64,000 nt of DNA from Piromyces finnis finn (taxonomy: Eukaryota > Fungi > Neocallimastigomycota), in assembly GCA_002104945.1 (NCBI GenBank), contig MCFH01000029.1:558001-622000 (forward strand), given 5' to 3'. Under the pieces are notes generated by a model. That model had not been told where the DNA came from. It was given only the letters and a program-made list of their open reading frames with translations, and made no database searches. A program made the translations under genes and the position numbers. This document shows positions 1 through 14,649 of this stretch, piece by piece. Each line of letters starts with the position of its first letter. Position 1 is the first letter of the stretch.

Positions 1-540
1 CAGGAACTTTACATCTTCAAGGTAGAAATATAAATGGACCATCAGTCCATTGGACTGAAGATACCATTGATAATGAAGGTTTAGGAAGAAAGAAGTCTAA
101 AAGTAATTTTTTTTTTTTTTTTTTTTTTTTAATTTTTAAATAAATGAAATACAAAATATAATTAATTTTAATTAAAAGATAATTTAAAATGAAATTTATA
201 AATTTATAAATAAATGATAAATTTTGTTTATAGATTTATAATTTGTTATAAAATTAAAAATAATTTTTCATTCTTTCTTTTTTTTCACTTCATAAGCTAT
301 TTAAATTATAAATTATAAATAGTTTAAAGATATAATATACTAAAATTTAAATTATTTTTATAATATATAAAAGTTTGTTGTATATATACTAGACCAAGAA
401 ACTGGGATGATTCTTCATCAGATTCTTCTTCTTGTTCTTCATCAGACGATGATGATAAACCAAATGCTTACGAAATTCAACCAAAATATAAACCACGCAG
501 CCATCATCATAGTCATAATGGTGGATGTAAACATAAGTAA
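1..540 (+). CDS. YPI1: Type 1 protein phosphatase regulator Ypi1 / inhibitor-3 (PPP1R11 family), 5'-partial, two exons visible (<1-102, 374-540)
   Basis: Spliced translation GTLHLQG...SVHWTEDTIDNEGLGRKKSK|ICCIYTRPRNWDDSSSDSSS...PNAYEIQP. It contains the VxW PP1-docking motif and the family KSKxCCIY motif. GT..AG intron 103-373; stop TAA 538-540. Not in the supplied ORF track. Confidence 0.9.
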
Positions 541-1557
541 ATTTAAAAATTTTGATATAAAACAAAGCATATATATACATACATATACATTTATACACTT
601 ACAATAAACAAATAAAAGAAAATAAATTCAAGTATACCAAATAAATACAGCTTTTTTTTTTATCTTTTAGCATACCAATTCTTCTTTATATCCAATTTAT
701 AGTATGAAAAAAAATATTTACAAATTAAAACACAAATAATGAATTGCTTCTATTAATATTAATTATTATTTTTTTATAAAAATAAAAAAATAAAATAAAA
801 AAAAAACAATAATAAATTTTTAATAAATATAAACAAATCGTGTATATATATAATTCTACATAAATTCCAAAAAAAAAAGTTTTTTTGTAGAATCAGCAAT
901 TACTTTAAATTCTAGATTTTCAATATTAATATTAATTAATTTTTATTTAGATTCGCCTATTTCTATTGCCTTCTAATTCCTTGTCATAATACTTTTTTAA
1001 AAAGAAATTAAACTTAAAATATAATTTATTATTCAAAAGTGTAACATTTTCATATATATTATAAGCTTTTATTTTTTTAAAATTTTACAAAAAGTATTGA
1101 TTTTTATATATCCCAAATTTTTAATTAAATATTTAATATATCTATATGAATTTTTTTCTCCATAAAAAAAAATTTTTTTTTTGAATCAATACCATAATGT
1201 ATTAAATAATTTTCATTAAAAAAAAAAAAAAAAGATATATACTAGAGAAATACTAAAGAAGGGATATATTTCTATCAAATATTAAAATATACATAATCAT
1301 AATTCTTTATTAACTTATTATTATCTTTTTTTTTTTTAAATAAAATATTTGATATAAATGTTACAATGAATATTTTAAACATTATATTTAAGTCACACTT
1401 TTAAATAATAATAATAATCTTGATATATATAAAATTTTATTACAATTATTTATATTTTTATTATTATTATTTTTTTTTTTTTTTTGAAAAATATTGACTT
1501 TTTTAATAATAATTTTTTTTTTTTTGTGTGTGTGTGTGTATTTTATAATATTTTGTT

Positions 1558-2570
1558 CTATTTTTCTGATTTGGTTTCGTTTTTAGAAGAAAATGCAGTG
1601 AAAGGAATAACAGTCTCCTTATCACGTCTTTCATCCTTGAAACCAAAATCTTCTTTTGGATTTGTAGTAGTGGTGGCAGAAGCATTGGAATGACGAGTGG
1701 TTCTTTCATGTTTAGATTCAGGATTTGGTGAATTTCTATGATTTCTACGATTTCTTCTTCTACGTTTATTGGCTGGATGAGCACGGCTTTCATCGTCTGA
1801 AGGATCTAATTCATTATCATAGGCTATATGGGTATCATGATATACTCTAGATTGACGATCATCTAAATCATCTTCTAATTCATCCTCTTCATCTGAAAAA
1901 TGATCCACTGGTACTTCTTGCATTTGAACACTTGGAGCATGACTAATATTTCTAAGATTTTCTAGTATATGTACGGTAGTTTTATCTAAATATTCTCTTG
2001 TATTTTTATTTTCGGCATTTGTTGGTCTTACATGAATTGAATATTCTGGTCCAAAATATTCAAAATAATCATTATAAGGTAATGCTTGTGGTAACTCTAT
2101 ACCAAGAGCAACAGAAGTTTCGTAACACCATGCTCTTGACACATTCTTTGGTGCTATTTAATTCATTAATGAAAATACAAAAAAAAAAAAAAAAAAATAA
2201 AACAATATAATTTAATATAATATAACATATTATTAATAATAAAATCATAAGAAATAATAATGGTTTTATATTTTTTTAAAACATACTATAACCGCCACCA
2301 CCAAGAAGTAACATAGGAACATTAAAGGTTCTTAAAAACTTTGCACATGCACCATGACCACGTTCACTTAAATTTGCGGTACCTAAACGATCACCAGCTA
2401 AACTATCTGTACCACATTGTAATACAACAGCACCAGGACGGTACCAATTCATAATATACTAGTATAATAAAATATTATATATAATTATAATTATTAGTAT
2501 TAATATCATTTATTATATATGTGATTGTTAATGTTTTAAACATATTTAAAATATTTATGTTAATTATATG

Positions 2571-2602
<32 letters not shown>

Positions 2603-4211
2603 TACTGTAATAACTGGACGGAAAATAGATTTAAAAGTATCATCATCAATACCATCACGCAATGGAAAGTTTACTGAATAATATTTACCTTTACCAACAC
2701 CAATATCATGAATATCACCAGTACCTGGGAAATATTCATCACCATATTTATGGAATGAACAAGTCATTACACGATCAGTGGTATAAAAAGCTATTATAGA
2801 TTAATCATAAAAATAATGAAAACCCCCCAATGAATATATATTTAAATGAATAGATAAAGAAAATAATAAATAAATAAATAGTTTAGATAAACTTTAGTAT
2901 ATATTAAATAACTAAATTATAATATATAATGAAACTACCTTCTTCAACACCATCACCATGATGATTATCAATATCAACATATAAGACTCTATTGTGTGTT
3001 TTTAAAAGTTCTAAAATACCTAATACAATATCATTTACATAACAAAATCCTAGAGTATCAATGATAAAAGAAAAGGATGGATTTATACATTAATAAATAT
3101 GGAATAGAAATTATAATAATTAAAAAATAAATAAATAATATATAAATATGTTTTTGGAGAGAATTTTAAAAAAGAGTTATTTGATATATTTATTTACCTG
3201 AAGCACCTCCTCTTTTAGCGTGATGAAGACCACCAGCCCAATTAATACCAATATCAGCTTCGCCATTTAATTTTTTGGCTGCTCCTATTGAACCACCAGC
3301 AGAAATACTACAGAATTCATAAGCACCTTCAAATGCCGGGGTATCTTCCCAAATACCATACATTTCTTTATGTTTTTCAAATGTTTCTAAGTTTTCTGGG
3401 GTAGCCCTTCTTAAAAAATCAATATAGTGATCTTCATGAAATTTTGTGATTTCACGAAAAGTAGCGCGAGTTGGTACAAATACATCCATTTTTTTATCCA
3501 TACCATAATTTACTACTAAACTGTGAGTCATCTTTACTCTATGAGGCTTTATATATGTTATTTTTTTTTTATTGATAATAATATAAAATATTATCATTTT
3601 TAATTATTTTTTTTTTTACAATTAAAGAATTATTAATTTAATAAATTAAGTAATTATTTACCTTCATTGGATGACCCTAATTTATTTAATTAAAATTCAA
3701 TGAATAATTTATATTTTACAAATATATGAATTTAAAATTAGTGATGAAATTTGCATGAAATTATATTTAATAATAATGATGATGATGATAATGATAATAA
3801 TAATAATGATAATGATAATGGTAATGATAATGATAACGATAATACTATAATTATATTTCTTTCTTTCTTTCTTTCTTTCTTTTTTTTTTTTAATAATATA
3901 TTCATTTTTTCATAAAATAAAACCAAGTGTATGTATATAGAAATTAATGATCATTATTGGGTGAGTAAAATAATTCCATTGAATTGTTTAATATCTCTGC
4001 TTTTATATTTTATTCTTCTTTTCTTATTATCATTACTATTATTATTAACTATTATTATTAAATTATTATAATTATTTATTTTTCTTAAATATTTTTGTGT
4101 TTCAGTCTAACTATTTATAATATTTATAAAAATATTTACAGGTGCTAATTGATAGGCTCCAACGTCTGAATCATAAAAATAACAAACTCTTCTTTTTGAT
4201 ACTGATGTCAT
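1558..4211 (-). CDS. Class I histone deacetylase (Rpd3/Clr6/HDAC1-like), multi-exon
   Basis: Exons give [18 protein letters not shown]..|GHPMK|[96 protein letters not shown]. Catalytic His-His, Zn ligands and Tyr are intact. Confidence 0.95.
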
Positions 4212-5123
4212 ATTTCTTCTTTAAAATAGGATATAATTAAATAATATAATAAATGATAATAATTGTTGATTCTACAAAAGGTAAATTATATATTAAAAAA
4301 TTATACTTTTATTTTTAATTTGATTTAAATGGATTCAACAATAAGTCAAACTAAAAAAAAGGTAATATTTGATTTATGAAATAATAGATAAAATAATTTT
4401 ATTGAATTCCAATGTAAAAAAAAAAAAAGTAAACAATGAGAAATGCTTTATTTATTTATTTATTTTCATCCATTCATATTTTTATTAAAAATTGATTCCA
4501 ATTTCACGAAAATTGTATATATATATAATTATATAATAAAAAAATATATAAAATCAAATAATAAATATATTAATTTTATATATATAGATGTTGAATAAAG
4601 AAAGGTTAGTTGATGTTTATATATAATATGTAGGAGAAAAAAGTACATTTTTTAATTAAAATGTCTTTCACATTGTAATAAAAAAATATTCAATTTTATT
4701 AATTTTAGTTGAATAATAAAAATAACTCAATATAATAATAATAAACTAAAATATAAAGTTTTTTTTTTTTTACCTTTTAATATATTAAATTAAATAGTTA
4801 CATTAATTTTTTTTTTTAAAAAAAAAAATATATTACATGTAAATTAAATGCTTTTATCCTTCTCTTTACTTTAAATAAAATGAAATTGTTTCCACCTCTT
4901 ATATTTCACAGTTAATATAAAAAAAAAAAAAAAAAAAAAAAACATTAATATTTAGATTAAAAATTTTTTATATAAAAATATATTAAATTTTATAATTATA
5001 CCTTAATTTAATAAATTTAAATAATATGATCATTATATATTATATATTAAAATTATTGATAATAATAATTTTCAAACTATAGTTTATTAAATATTTTTAT
5101 AAATAATAATAATAATGGTAATG

Positions 5124-5410
5124 TTTTTTTAACTACCAAGTGCATTTCTCTCATCAATCAGAATAAGTTCCAATGGTGGTTCTTATAGAAATGTTGGCTC
5201 CTATTGCTAGGTGGTTGTGACCCTCCTGGTCTGTCATACTGAATCTTCAGCTTCGACTCTCACTTATTCCACGAACACTAGATGCATGTCGTTGTACGTT
5301 ATTTCCAACCATAATGCTAAGCTTCATATAGTCGATTTAATTGTGTAACAACCGGCCCCTAATGTTTATAATTATATTAAGGAAATGATGCTTGTGTATT
5401 TTAATATAGC
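5124..5410 (-). mobile_element. 5'-truncated, diverged copy of the SINE at 47474-48056
   Basis: The reverse complement aligns to ~47720-48015 at roughly 80% identity by eye. A 43-nt block is identical (5199-5241 vs 47894-47936). It ends ...AAATGCACTTGGTAGTT plus a short A7 tail and lacks the tRNA-like head. The 5' boundary is approximate. Confidence 0.85.
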
Positions 5411-8400
5411 ATGATACCATAATCTTTTTGAAAATAAATAAAAAAAGCTTTTATACTCAAAATAAAAAAAAAAAAATAATTACTATAAAATTATAAATAA
5501 ATTAACATTATAATTCTATTTTAAATAAAAAATGCAATCAATTATTCTTCTTCCGTTCCATTAATGTGACCATTAATCTTTTAATCATTTAACAAAAAGT
5601 CACAGACGATGTTACTAGTGGTTTAAATAAATTAACTATGAATAATGAAAATATTAATAATGAATTATTGTTATTAAATCAATTAGTTAAAAATACTACC
5701 AAGAATGAAAAATTGAGAAATAGTGACAGTATTGTAAATAATAATTCATTAACATTAAAATAATTATCGAGTATAATTAACAAAGCAGCCGGAAGAAAAA
5801 AAAAAATTCTAGTAGCAAAATTGAGAATAATTTTCAAAATCAAATTGTTTCTATTAATGACATTTTCACTCTAAATATTACTAATTAAAAAAAAATAAAA
5901 CGATTTCTATAAAAATAAAAAAAATTATTCATTTTAAATATCAACAAATTACAACTATTATAAAGAATAATCTAGGAGGGTTGGATTATTTTTAGTAATT
6001 ATATAAATGAATAAAATATTTATCTTTGTAAATTATATTATTCATTAATATAACTTAATTCATGATTTTCTTTTTCTTTAATATATTGTGTTTATTTTTT
6101 AAAAAAGATATAAAGAAGAATCAAACCAACTTTTGCTAATAAAATTATACCTTTATAAAGTCATTTTAAAAAGAAAGAAAGGTTGAATTTTATTTATTTA
6201 TTCATTAACTTTCTATTATAATTATTTACTTTATTATATTTTCATTCACTTAATTATAATGAATATATATTTTTTTAATTAATTACAGTGGAAAATAAAA
6301 TTAAAATAAATGATTTATTTTAATATATTATAATAACATATTATTTCATACAGATGATATAAAAGTATATATTAAATAATATATTTTATACATACTGAAA
6401 ATAAATTAAATATAGAAATTTGTTGGATTATAATCAAAAATTGATATATATTTTAATTTATTCAAAATATATAGTGTGAATATAATAGAATATATTAATA
6501 AAATTAAAAGATATTAAATTAAAAAAACAATTTATTAAAAACATTTTTCAATAATATTATATATATATATATATATAAAAATATTTAACCCAACAATTGT
6601 TATAAAGTGCTTAAAAAAGAAAAAAAGGAAGAAAAGAAATTGAAACTTTTTTTTCTTTTATTTTTTTATTATAGCATTTATATTTTTAAATAAAATATAA
6701 TAAAATACAATATAATAATAAAAGAAGAAAAGAAATTGAATCAAATAATAAAAATAAAAAAATTATTAAAGGAATTAGAATATTGTATATTTAAAAAATA
6801 CATTGGAAAATGAACCATTGCTTTTGAAACAGCAAAACATATTACGTTAAATTTTATTATTGTTTATTATTAAAATCAAAGAAATATATATACAATATTA
6901 TATAACAAAAGATATCTAAAGAAAATAATCATTAATATAATAAAACAAAAGAAAAGAAAAGAATAATAACAATTTCTTTTGATAATAAACTGTGAAATTT
7001 ATCACACATAAAAATAAAGAAAAGAAATTATAATAATATATATATATAAAGAAACAAAAAACTAAATTAACAAAATTCAGAAAATAATTTACGGATTTTT
7101 GTTTTTATGTTTTATTACATTAAAAAGTAATGAAGTTTATTTTTCCAAAGAATTTAACACAAATTAAATTAATTTAAAAATTTGAAACACTTTAAATTTA
7201 ATAACAAGAAAAAGAAATACAAATAAAATATTATTTTCTAGATAACTTTCTTTTTATAATTAAATAATATTATTGACTTTTCAGAAATGTTAATTGCAAA
7301 TAAATCTATCAATTTTAATAAAGCTTTTTTTAGCATAAATGTAGTACTCTATAATATAATGAAATTTATATGCATGTATCTTATGATATCTCTATCTTTA
7401 TTAATAATTGCTTTAGTATATCTATACATGTCTATCTGAGGAAGTATTATATTTACATAAAAAAGAGAGAAAGAGAGGAGATAATGCAAATATCAAATTT
7501 TACATCTCAATTCAATTTAAAAGAATTCAAAAAAAAAAAAAAAAAAAAAAAAAATAATAATAATACCAAAAACTGAAAATAAGTAAAAGTAATTTATATT
7601 GTACATAATTTAATATATTTAATACTGTTTTTTTCCATTATACTAAACAAGAAAACATATTTATTAGAAATTAGATAGTATATTATTGTATACTAGAATA
7701 AATATAATTTTGATAAAACCAAAATGTTATTAGCAATAACAAAATGGTATATAAAATAGATATTTACACAACACAAAAAAAAAAAATAAAAAAATAAAAA
7801 AAAGAAAGAGATAGAATAATAAGAAAATAATATAAAATAAAAAATAAATAAAAGATAAAAATAAAAGATTATTTATAATTATTGTAAAGAAAAATTATTA
7901 TGATATTTTAGTTTTCATGATTATGATAATTATGTTTGGCTGTAACCTATTCATTATTTTTTTTTTCAATTATTAGTAGTAATAATTATCGATTATAATA
8001 GTAATTAAACATATTTAAATACTATACTATTTAATATAGATTGCATATTTTATGTTATTATACATTAATATACTGATAGTAATAAAATAATTATTTTCTT
8101 TTTAAGTTTTGTATCAGTTATCTCTGAAGGTTAGTGTTTATTTTTTTTTCTTCTTGTTTTATTATTCTATTTAATAATTGTTAATACACTTTTAAATTAA
8201 GAATTTAATATAAAGAAGAAAGAAATATTATTTAAACAGTCAAAGTCTTTACTTCAATATTATACAGAAATTGGGGAGGATAAATTTTGAAAGGAAAAAA
8301 AAAATATTAATAATTAAAATTTTATCCAATTTCATTAATTTTGTGTAACTTACAGAATTAATATAAGTCTAAAAAGATTAATTATAAATTATATTTTTTA

Positions 8401-9489
8401 TATCCACTAACATAAAAAAAAAAAGTTATAAATAATATATAACTTATGGTATAATTAGTAGTAGTAGTAATAACGATAATAATCAATAATAATAGAAAAA
8501 GAAAAATAGAATTGTTGTATTTAGTATATTGTATTATAATAGATAAATAAAGATAAAATGTATAAATATTAAAAATAAAAGTGGAATTGTTGTTTGAAAT
8601 TATTAAGCAAACCCTAGTTTAAAGGATTAAATAAAATTGAATAAAATTCAAATTTTCGAAATTTTCTTTTATATGAAAGGTTCATTAAATAATTCAATAA
8701 TAGTTGACTTATTTAACAATTGTCATTCATATAATTAATAATTAAATACTATTTATTATTATTATTATCAAATTGTTATTGAATATAATTTTAATAGCTT
8801 CAGATACCTTTTTTTATTTAAAATATAATAAATGAGATTAATAAATTAGTATTAATTATAAATAAATAAAAAAAAACTTTTCAATAGTAAAAGTTTTTGA
8901 ATTCATTGGTAATGTTAATTATAATTAAACTAAATCATATAAAGTTAATTTTCAATATATTGAATTTACTTTTTACATATAGTTTATAAAATATTTTTAA
9001 AGTTTATTAAACCATTAACTCAATTTATAATTATAAATTTCCAATAAAAAATTATATAATTATAATAATTAGTAATTAAAATTATAATGGCAAATTAAAA
9101 AGATTCATTTATTACATATGAGTTGTTAATTGAAAAATGAAAATTATATAAAATTATAATTGAAAAATAGAAAAATCAAATAAAAATTCAAATTAAATTA
9201 ATCAGCCTATAAGAATCAAAATAAGAGTTTGTATATGAAATATAATGAAATAAACCATAATAATAATAATAAAAAAAAAAAAAAAAAAAAATCATATTAA
9301 TAAATAAAATAAAAAAAAAAGATGTACAATTAAATTTAAAACACTTTTTTATAAATTGAAAACAAATTTTTTATTTTTTATTATTTTTTTTTTCTTTTTT
9401 CGTTTTTCAAATATTGATTCATTTTATATTTTATTCCATCAACTTTTATATTAGATTAAATATTTTATTAAATCAAATATTATTTAAAA

Positions 9490-11595
9490 ATGAGTGCGAT
9501 AGTTCAATCACCAAATTCAATAATTCAATTAACCATATCTTGTAAAGGTCTTAAAAAATCTGGTAAAGGTTTAAAAAAAAATAAGCCAAATCCATGTGTA
9601 TTTGTTTACTTACAAACAATAAATGATAATGGAAATCAAGAATGGATATGTGTTGATCGTACAGAAATTTGTAAAGAAGAAGTTAATCCAAAATTTAATA
9701 AAATCTTCACTTTTGACTATTATTTTGAAAAGGCTCAAAAATTAGCATTTATTTTAGTTAATATAACAAAAGAAAAAGAAGAAAATAATATTATGAGCCA
9801 AAAATATATGGGTTATTGTGAAGCTCCATTAGGTCAAATTATTTCATCAGGAAAATATGCTCCATATGAAGTATTGGTTACCAAACAACCTCCACCAGAA
9901 GGTATTGATGTTAAACTTTCTAAAAAGAAGCCAAAGAATGAAGGTAAATATGGTAAATTCTCTATATGTGTAGAAGAATTAAAAGATACCAAAAATGAAT
10001 ACAACTTTACTGTTTCATGTAGAAATTTAGATAAAAAGGTAATATATATAATGAAAAAAATACATATTTTTATTATTATTAAAGTATATAAATCTATTAT
10101 TCAAATAAATAGGATAAATTAGCTGGTACTAGTGATCCATTCTTTGTTATCTCCAAGAAACAAATAGATGGGTCAATGTTAGAAGTTTACAGGAGTGAAG
10201 TTATCTCAAAGAATATTAATCCAACATTCAAGCACTTTTCCATAAATGCTGGTTTATTATGTAATTGTAATCGTGATATGCCATTATTATGGGAAGTTAA
10301 AGATTGGAACAAGAGTGGTGAATTAAAATATATTGGTAAATTTGAAGCTTCTCTTAATATGATTATGGATAGTCCAACAAAAGAATTTGAATTAATATAC
10401 GAAAAGAAACAAAAGAAACATAAAAATTATATAAATTCTGGTATTTTTGTATTTGAGGAATGTACTCTTCAAGTTCCAAATGAAGAAGAACTAATACCAC
10501 CAACATTTTATGACTTTATTTCAACAGGAACAGGTATAATAATAAATATTAAAAAATATTTTATTTAATATTTATACATTTATTTTATCGAAAAGAAATA
10601 TCCTTTTTTTTTTAAGATAAATTTTTTAAAAAAATATTTTTTTTTTTTAATTTTTATTTTAAAATTATTTTTTTATAGAAATAAAATTAACTATCGGTAT
10701 TGATATGAGTGCTTCTAACGGTGGTTTTTCTAAAGCTAGAATTGATTCTTGTCTTCATAGATTATATGATGATGGTAGATTAAATGATTATCAAAAAACT
10801 ATAAAAGTAATTGGTTCCATTTTAGAAGCATATGATACCGATAAATTGATTCCAGTTTATGCTTTCGGTTGTAAGGTTGATAACAGAATTGAACAATGTT
10901 GGCCAATTAATGAAGATGAAATCAATCCAGAAATTGATGGTATTGATTCCGTTTTGGAAGTTTACGAATATGCTGTTAGAAGAGTACAATTTTCTGGTCC
11001 AACAACATTCTCTGAAATTATAAATCTTGTTGGTACCAATGCTGATAAGGCTATTGATGGTGATATTACTGGTGTAGGAAATAAAGAAAACCATTTAAAG
11101 GCCTATAATATATTGTTAATTATCACTGATGGTGATGTTACTAGTTTCCGTGAAACTATTGATTCTATTGTTAATAATAGTAATAAAGCTATGTCTATTA
11201 TTATTGTTGGTGTAGGTGACTGCAAATTTACTGATATGAGTATTCTTGATGCTGATAATAAAAAGCTTGTATCATCAAGTGGTAAAATGGCCGAACGTGA
11301 CATTACTAACTTTATTACATTAAAGTAGGGTTTTCTTTTTATTATTACCTTTTTTTTTTTTTTAACTTATTAATAATAATTTAACTTTTTTTTTTTTTCT
11401 CTCTTTAAATTTATATTATTAATTAGTAAATATCGTGATGATACTCCAGCTGAATTAGCTCAAGCTGTATTAACTGAAATTCCAGAACAATTACAATCAT
11501 TTATAAAAATGTATAGAGTAGTTCCATACGATAAAGAACATGCAAAATTACATCCACACTTACAATCTGTATTTGATCTTTCAGAATTAAACTAA
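9490..11595 (+). CDS. Copine (C2-C2-vWA Ca/phospholipid-binding protein), 4 exons
   Basis: C2 motifs (DRTEICKEEVNPKF; SDPFFVIS..YRSEVISKNINPTF; EVKDWNKSG) and vWA/copine motifs (IGIDMSASNG, SGPTTFSEII, YNILLIITDG, SIIIVGVG, AERDITNF, AVLTEIPEQL). GT-AG introns join the three track ORFs plus a last exon ending TAA 11593-11595. Confidence 0.93.
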
Positions 11596-12144
11596 AAAAG
11601 ATAAAACAATTAGATTATACCCTATGTATTAACAAAAAATAACAACAATGTAATAATGATGACAAATCACAGTCATAACACAAAAGAACACAACAAAAAA
11701 TGTTCAAATTTATCTTTCTTTTATTTTCAAATAACTAAACTATTTTTTATATAATGAATTAGAATTATTTTTCATTATTATTATTATAAAAAAAGGTTAT
11801 TTAAATTATAAACATATTTAATTATAAGATATAATTATTTTAAAAAATAATAAGTTTTTATTTTTATTTTTTATTTTTTTTTTTCATTCTAAATCTATTT
11901 ATTTTGTATTTAATATCTATAGAATATTTTTGTTATAAATAAAAATTAAGATACAAAAAAAAAAAAAAAAAAAAAAAAATGAAACAAAAATTAAAATATT
12001 TATTATATTTGTTTAGTGATATAAATAGTTTTTTATTTTTAAACATTCATAAATTTTTATGAATATTCTTTTCTATTACTATTAAATATATATTCCTAAG
12101 ATATATATAAATAACATTTTATATTTTTTTATTTTTTTAAAGTG

Positions 12145-12193
<49 letters not shown>

Positions 12194-12422
12194 GAAAAAT
12201 AAATTAATAGATTAATAGATAATAAATAAATAACTGAAAAGAAAAAAAAAAAGATATAAATGTTATTAATAGATTTATATTTGCTTCTAAAGTACTTCGT
12301 AATAAATTATAAATAGTCAATACTATAAAAAAAAAATTTTTTTTTTTTTTTTATTTCTAAAATTAATTTAAAAATTAAAGGTTTTTTATTATTTATATTA
12401 GGGTAATTAATATATATAAAGT

Positions 12423-14649
12423 TTAGTTTAATATTTGGGTCAAAAATGGTAAATCAGATACAGCTTTTTTAATTTCATTCTCTTGAACATGAAGTGTAAA
12501 TTTTCTATTTCTTTCATCCTTTGCTTTTCCTAATGTTATAATTCCACAACTTTCCAACATGGATACTAAATCATTAAATTCTGATTTTGAAACAGGACTG
12601 ATCATTCTGTATTTTCTACATGAATTAATATATTCCGCATTTAACTATTTTTTTTATTATTCATAAATAATTTTATATAGAAAATATTTTGTTAATTATT
12701 TTGTTTTATCTTATTGTTATGAATTATTGAATGTAGCAACAACAATAATAACAGTAATAATAAATATAAAATTTTACCTTTCCAATGACATTTTCTTCTT
12801 TTTTGTTTAAAATATTATTCATAACACATACAATAACTTTTTGTTGTACATTTAAACTTCTCAATTTTTGAATAGATGCTGATCCAAAAGCATTACTTGT
12901 AGCTTTTAATATATGCATTATAGTTACTTGAGGAACTTCTTTTATTGATGTTATTGGGGTATCATAAGTAGAAGCTTTCTTTGCAAATATTGATTTTTCC
13001 TTCACTGGTTGAACAGGTTTTCTTTTTAATAAAATTGTTTTATTTCTTAAATCTGCTTCTGCCAATTCAATTGCTTGTCTTTTTTTTTAGATAATAAAAA
13101 AATTATGAAATGAATTAAAATAAATAACTATTTTGAATAATTAATGGTAATATTTTATTATCTAAACTTACTTGCAAACATCTAATGCTTTTCTAAGATC
13201 ACCTGTACCAGCAATTTTTCTTGCACAAAGTTCAATTGCTGAAGCTTGAATTAAATAATTTTGAAGAGGTTTTGTATTTTCACTTTTAATTGTTTTAATA
13301 TTTTCATTTGATAATATATTATTATTTTCAGAATTCTCATCATTTTTTTCGTTTAAAACTTTTTTATTTAGTATCTCTAAACGATCTTTTATAATATTCA
13401 TCATTTCATTCATTTCATATGGATTGAAATTTATATATTGAGGTTCACAATTCTTTGCTCTTAATCTTGGTAAAAAGCGATCAGTCATATTAAGAGCATT
13501 AGCTATACCAATTATTGAAAGTCTTGAATTTGTTTTTACTGGCCATTCGAATAATTTATATAAAACTTCTTGATCTCTTGTTATTAAATAATCAATTTCA
13601 TCCAATATACATACACTATTTAAAATAATTTATTTGATAAAAATATTAATATATATATATGTATAATATTTAAAAGAATAAAGATTTATTACTAACTATT
13701 TAGAGGTATCTTTTCTTATTTTATTAGGAACAAATATATTATCTAATGCATTAATTATTTCAGATTCATCTGAAGCTTGATTTCTTGGACTAAATTCTTC
13801 TAATAATTTTTTATAAATCATTTTTGGATTTTTAAGTGCCATGCAATTGATGTTTGTAACATATATTTTATGGGGTATCTACAAATGAAATAGTAAATTT
13901 TAATATATATTTTATATTTTAAAATATTATAAATTTACACGATTCTAATTTGAAATATATTCAAATCTTTTCTGTTATATAAATCTTAAAAATATTATTT
14001 ATAAAAAATAGTATACCTTAATATGTTCTTGATTAATCATATTTCTTGAAATCTCACTAACTAATGCACTTTTTCCTGTTCCAGGACATCCTGATATATA
14101 AAGTGAAGAAGTTTGATCACCACAAATATATGTCTTCCAGAAATTTGTAATAAATTCTTTTTCTTTTTCTCTACCAATAAATCTTGGTGTTGAACTTCTA
14201 CTAAATAAATATTTAGCTTCTTGATATATTAATGCTGGTGTTAAAACTCTTTCTTTTTTAACATTTTCTTTATCTAATTTAGTTTGTTTTATATTTTCTT
14301 TTAAATTAGAATTACCTATTATTATTTTGAAATTTTAAAAATTTATAAATATTTATTAATAATTTTTATAAAAATATTTAATTTTTTTTTGAGAGTTTTT
14401 TTAAAGTTATTTTAAATAATAACAATAGTATTTACGTTTTGATTGACGAAAAACACCAAGTAAGGTTTTTTCAGCTTTTTTTGGTGTATTATTATTTAAT
14501 TCTACTAAAACCTTTCTTTTTTTTGGCGTTGATTCAATTTTATTTGAATTTTCTCTTTTGATATTTTCATTTATTACAATTTCATTTATTTCTTGTTGTC
14601 TTTTTGCTATTCTAGCACTTTTTCTTAATACCTGTGTTGTTGCAGTCAT
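12423..14649 (-). CDS. CDC6: Cell division control protein 6 (Cdc6/Cdc18 AAA+ ATPase)
   Basis: Walker A YISGCPGTGKS, Walker B (L)DEIDYL, IGIANALNMTDRFLPRL, GDLRKALDVCK and a C-terminal winged helix (SEFNDLVSMLESCGII). Confidence 0.95.

Noticed and set aside
389-607. Track ORFs 389-598(-) and 407-607(+)
   Set aside because: Both are off-frame or antisense shadows of YPI1 exon 2 (374-540).
5590-5765. Short open stretch KVTDDVTSGLNKLTMNNEN.., vaguely gag-remnant-like
   Set aside because: Only ~55 codons, with no motif, LTR or other retroelement context.
10597-10610. ATATCCTTT resembling a U12-type 5' splice site in the copine gene
   Set aside because: It lies inside an ordinary GT-AG intron (10535-10678) whose boundaries already keep the frame.
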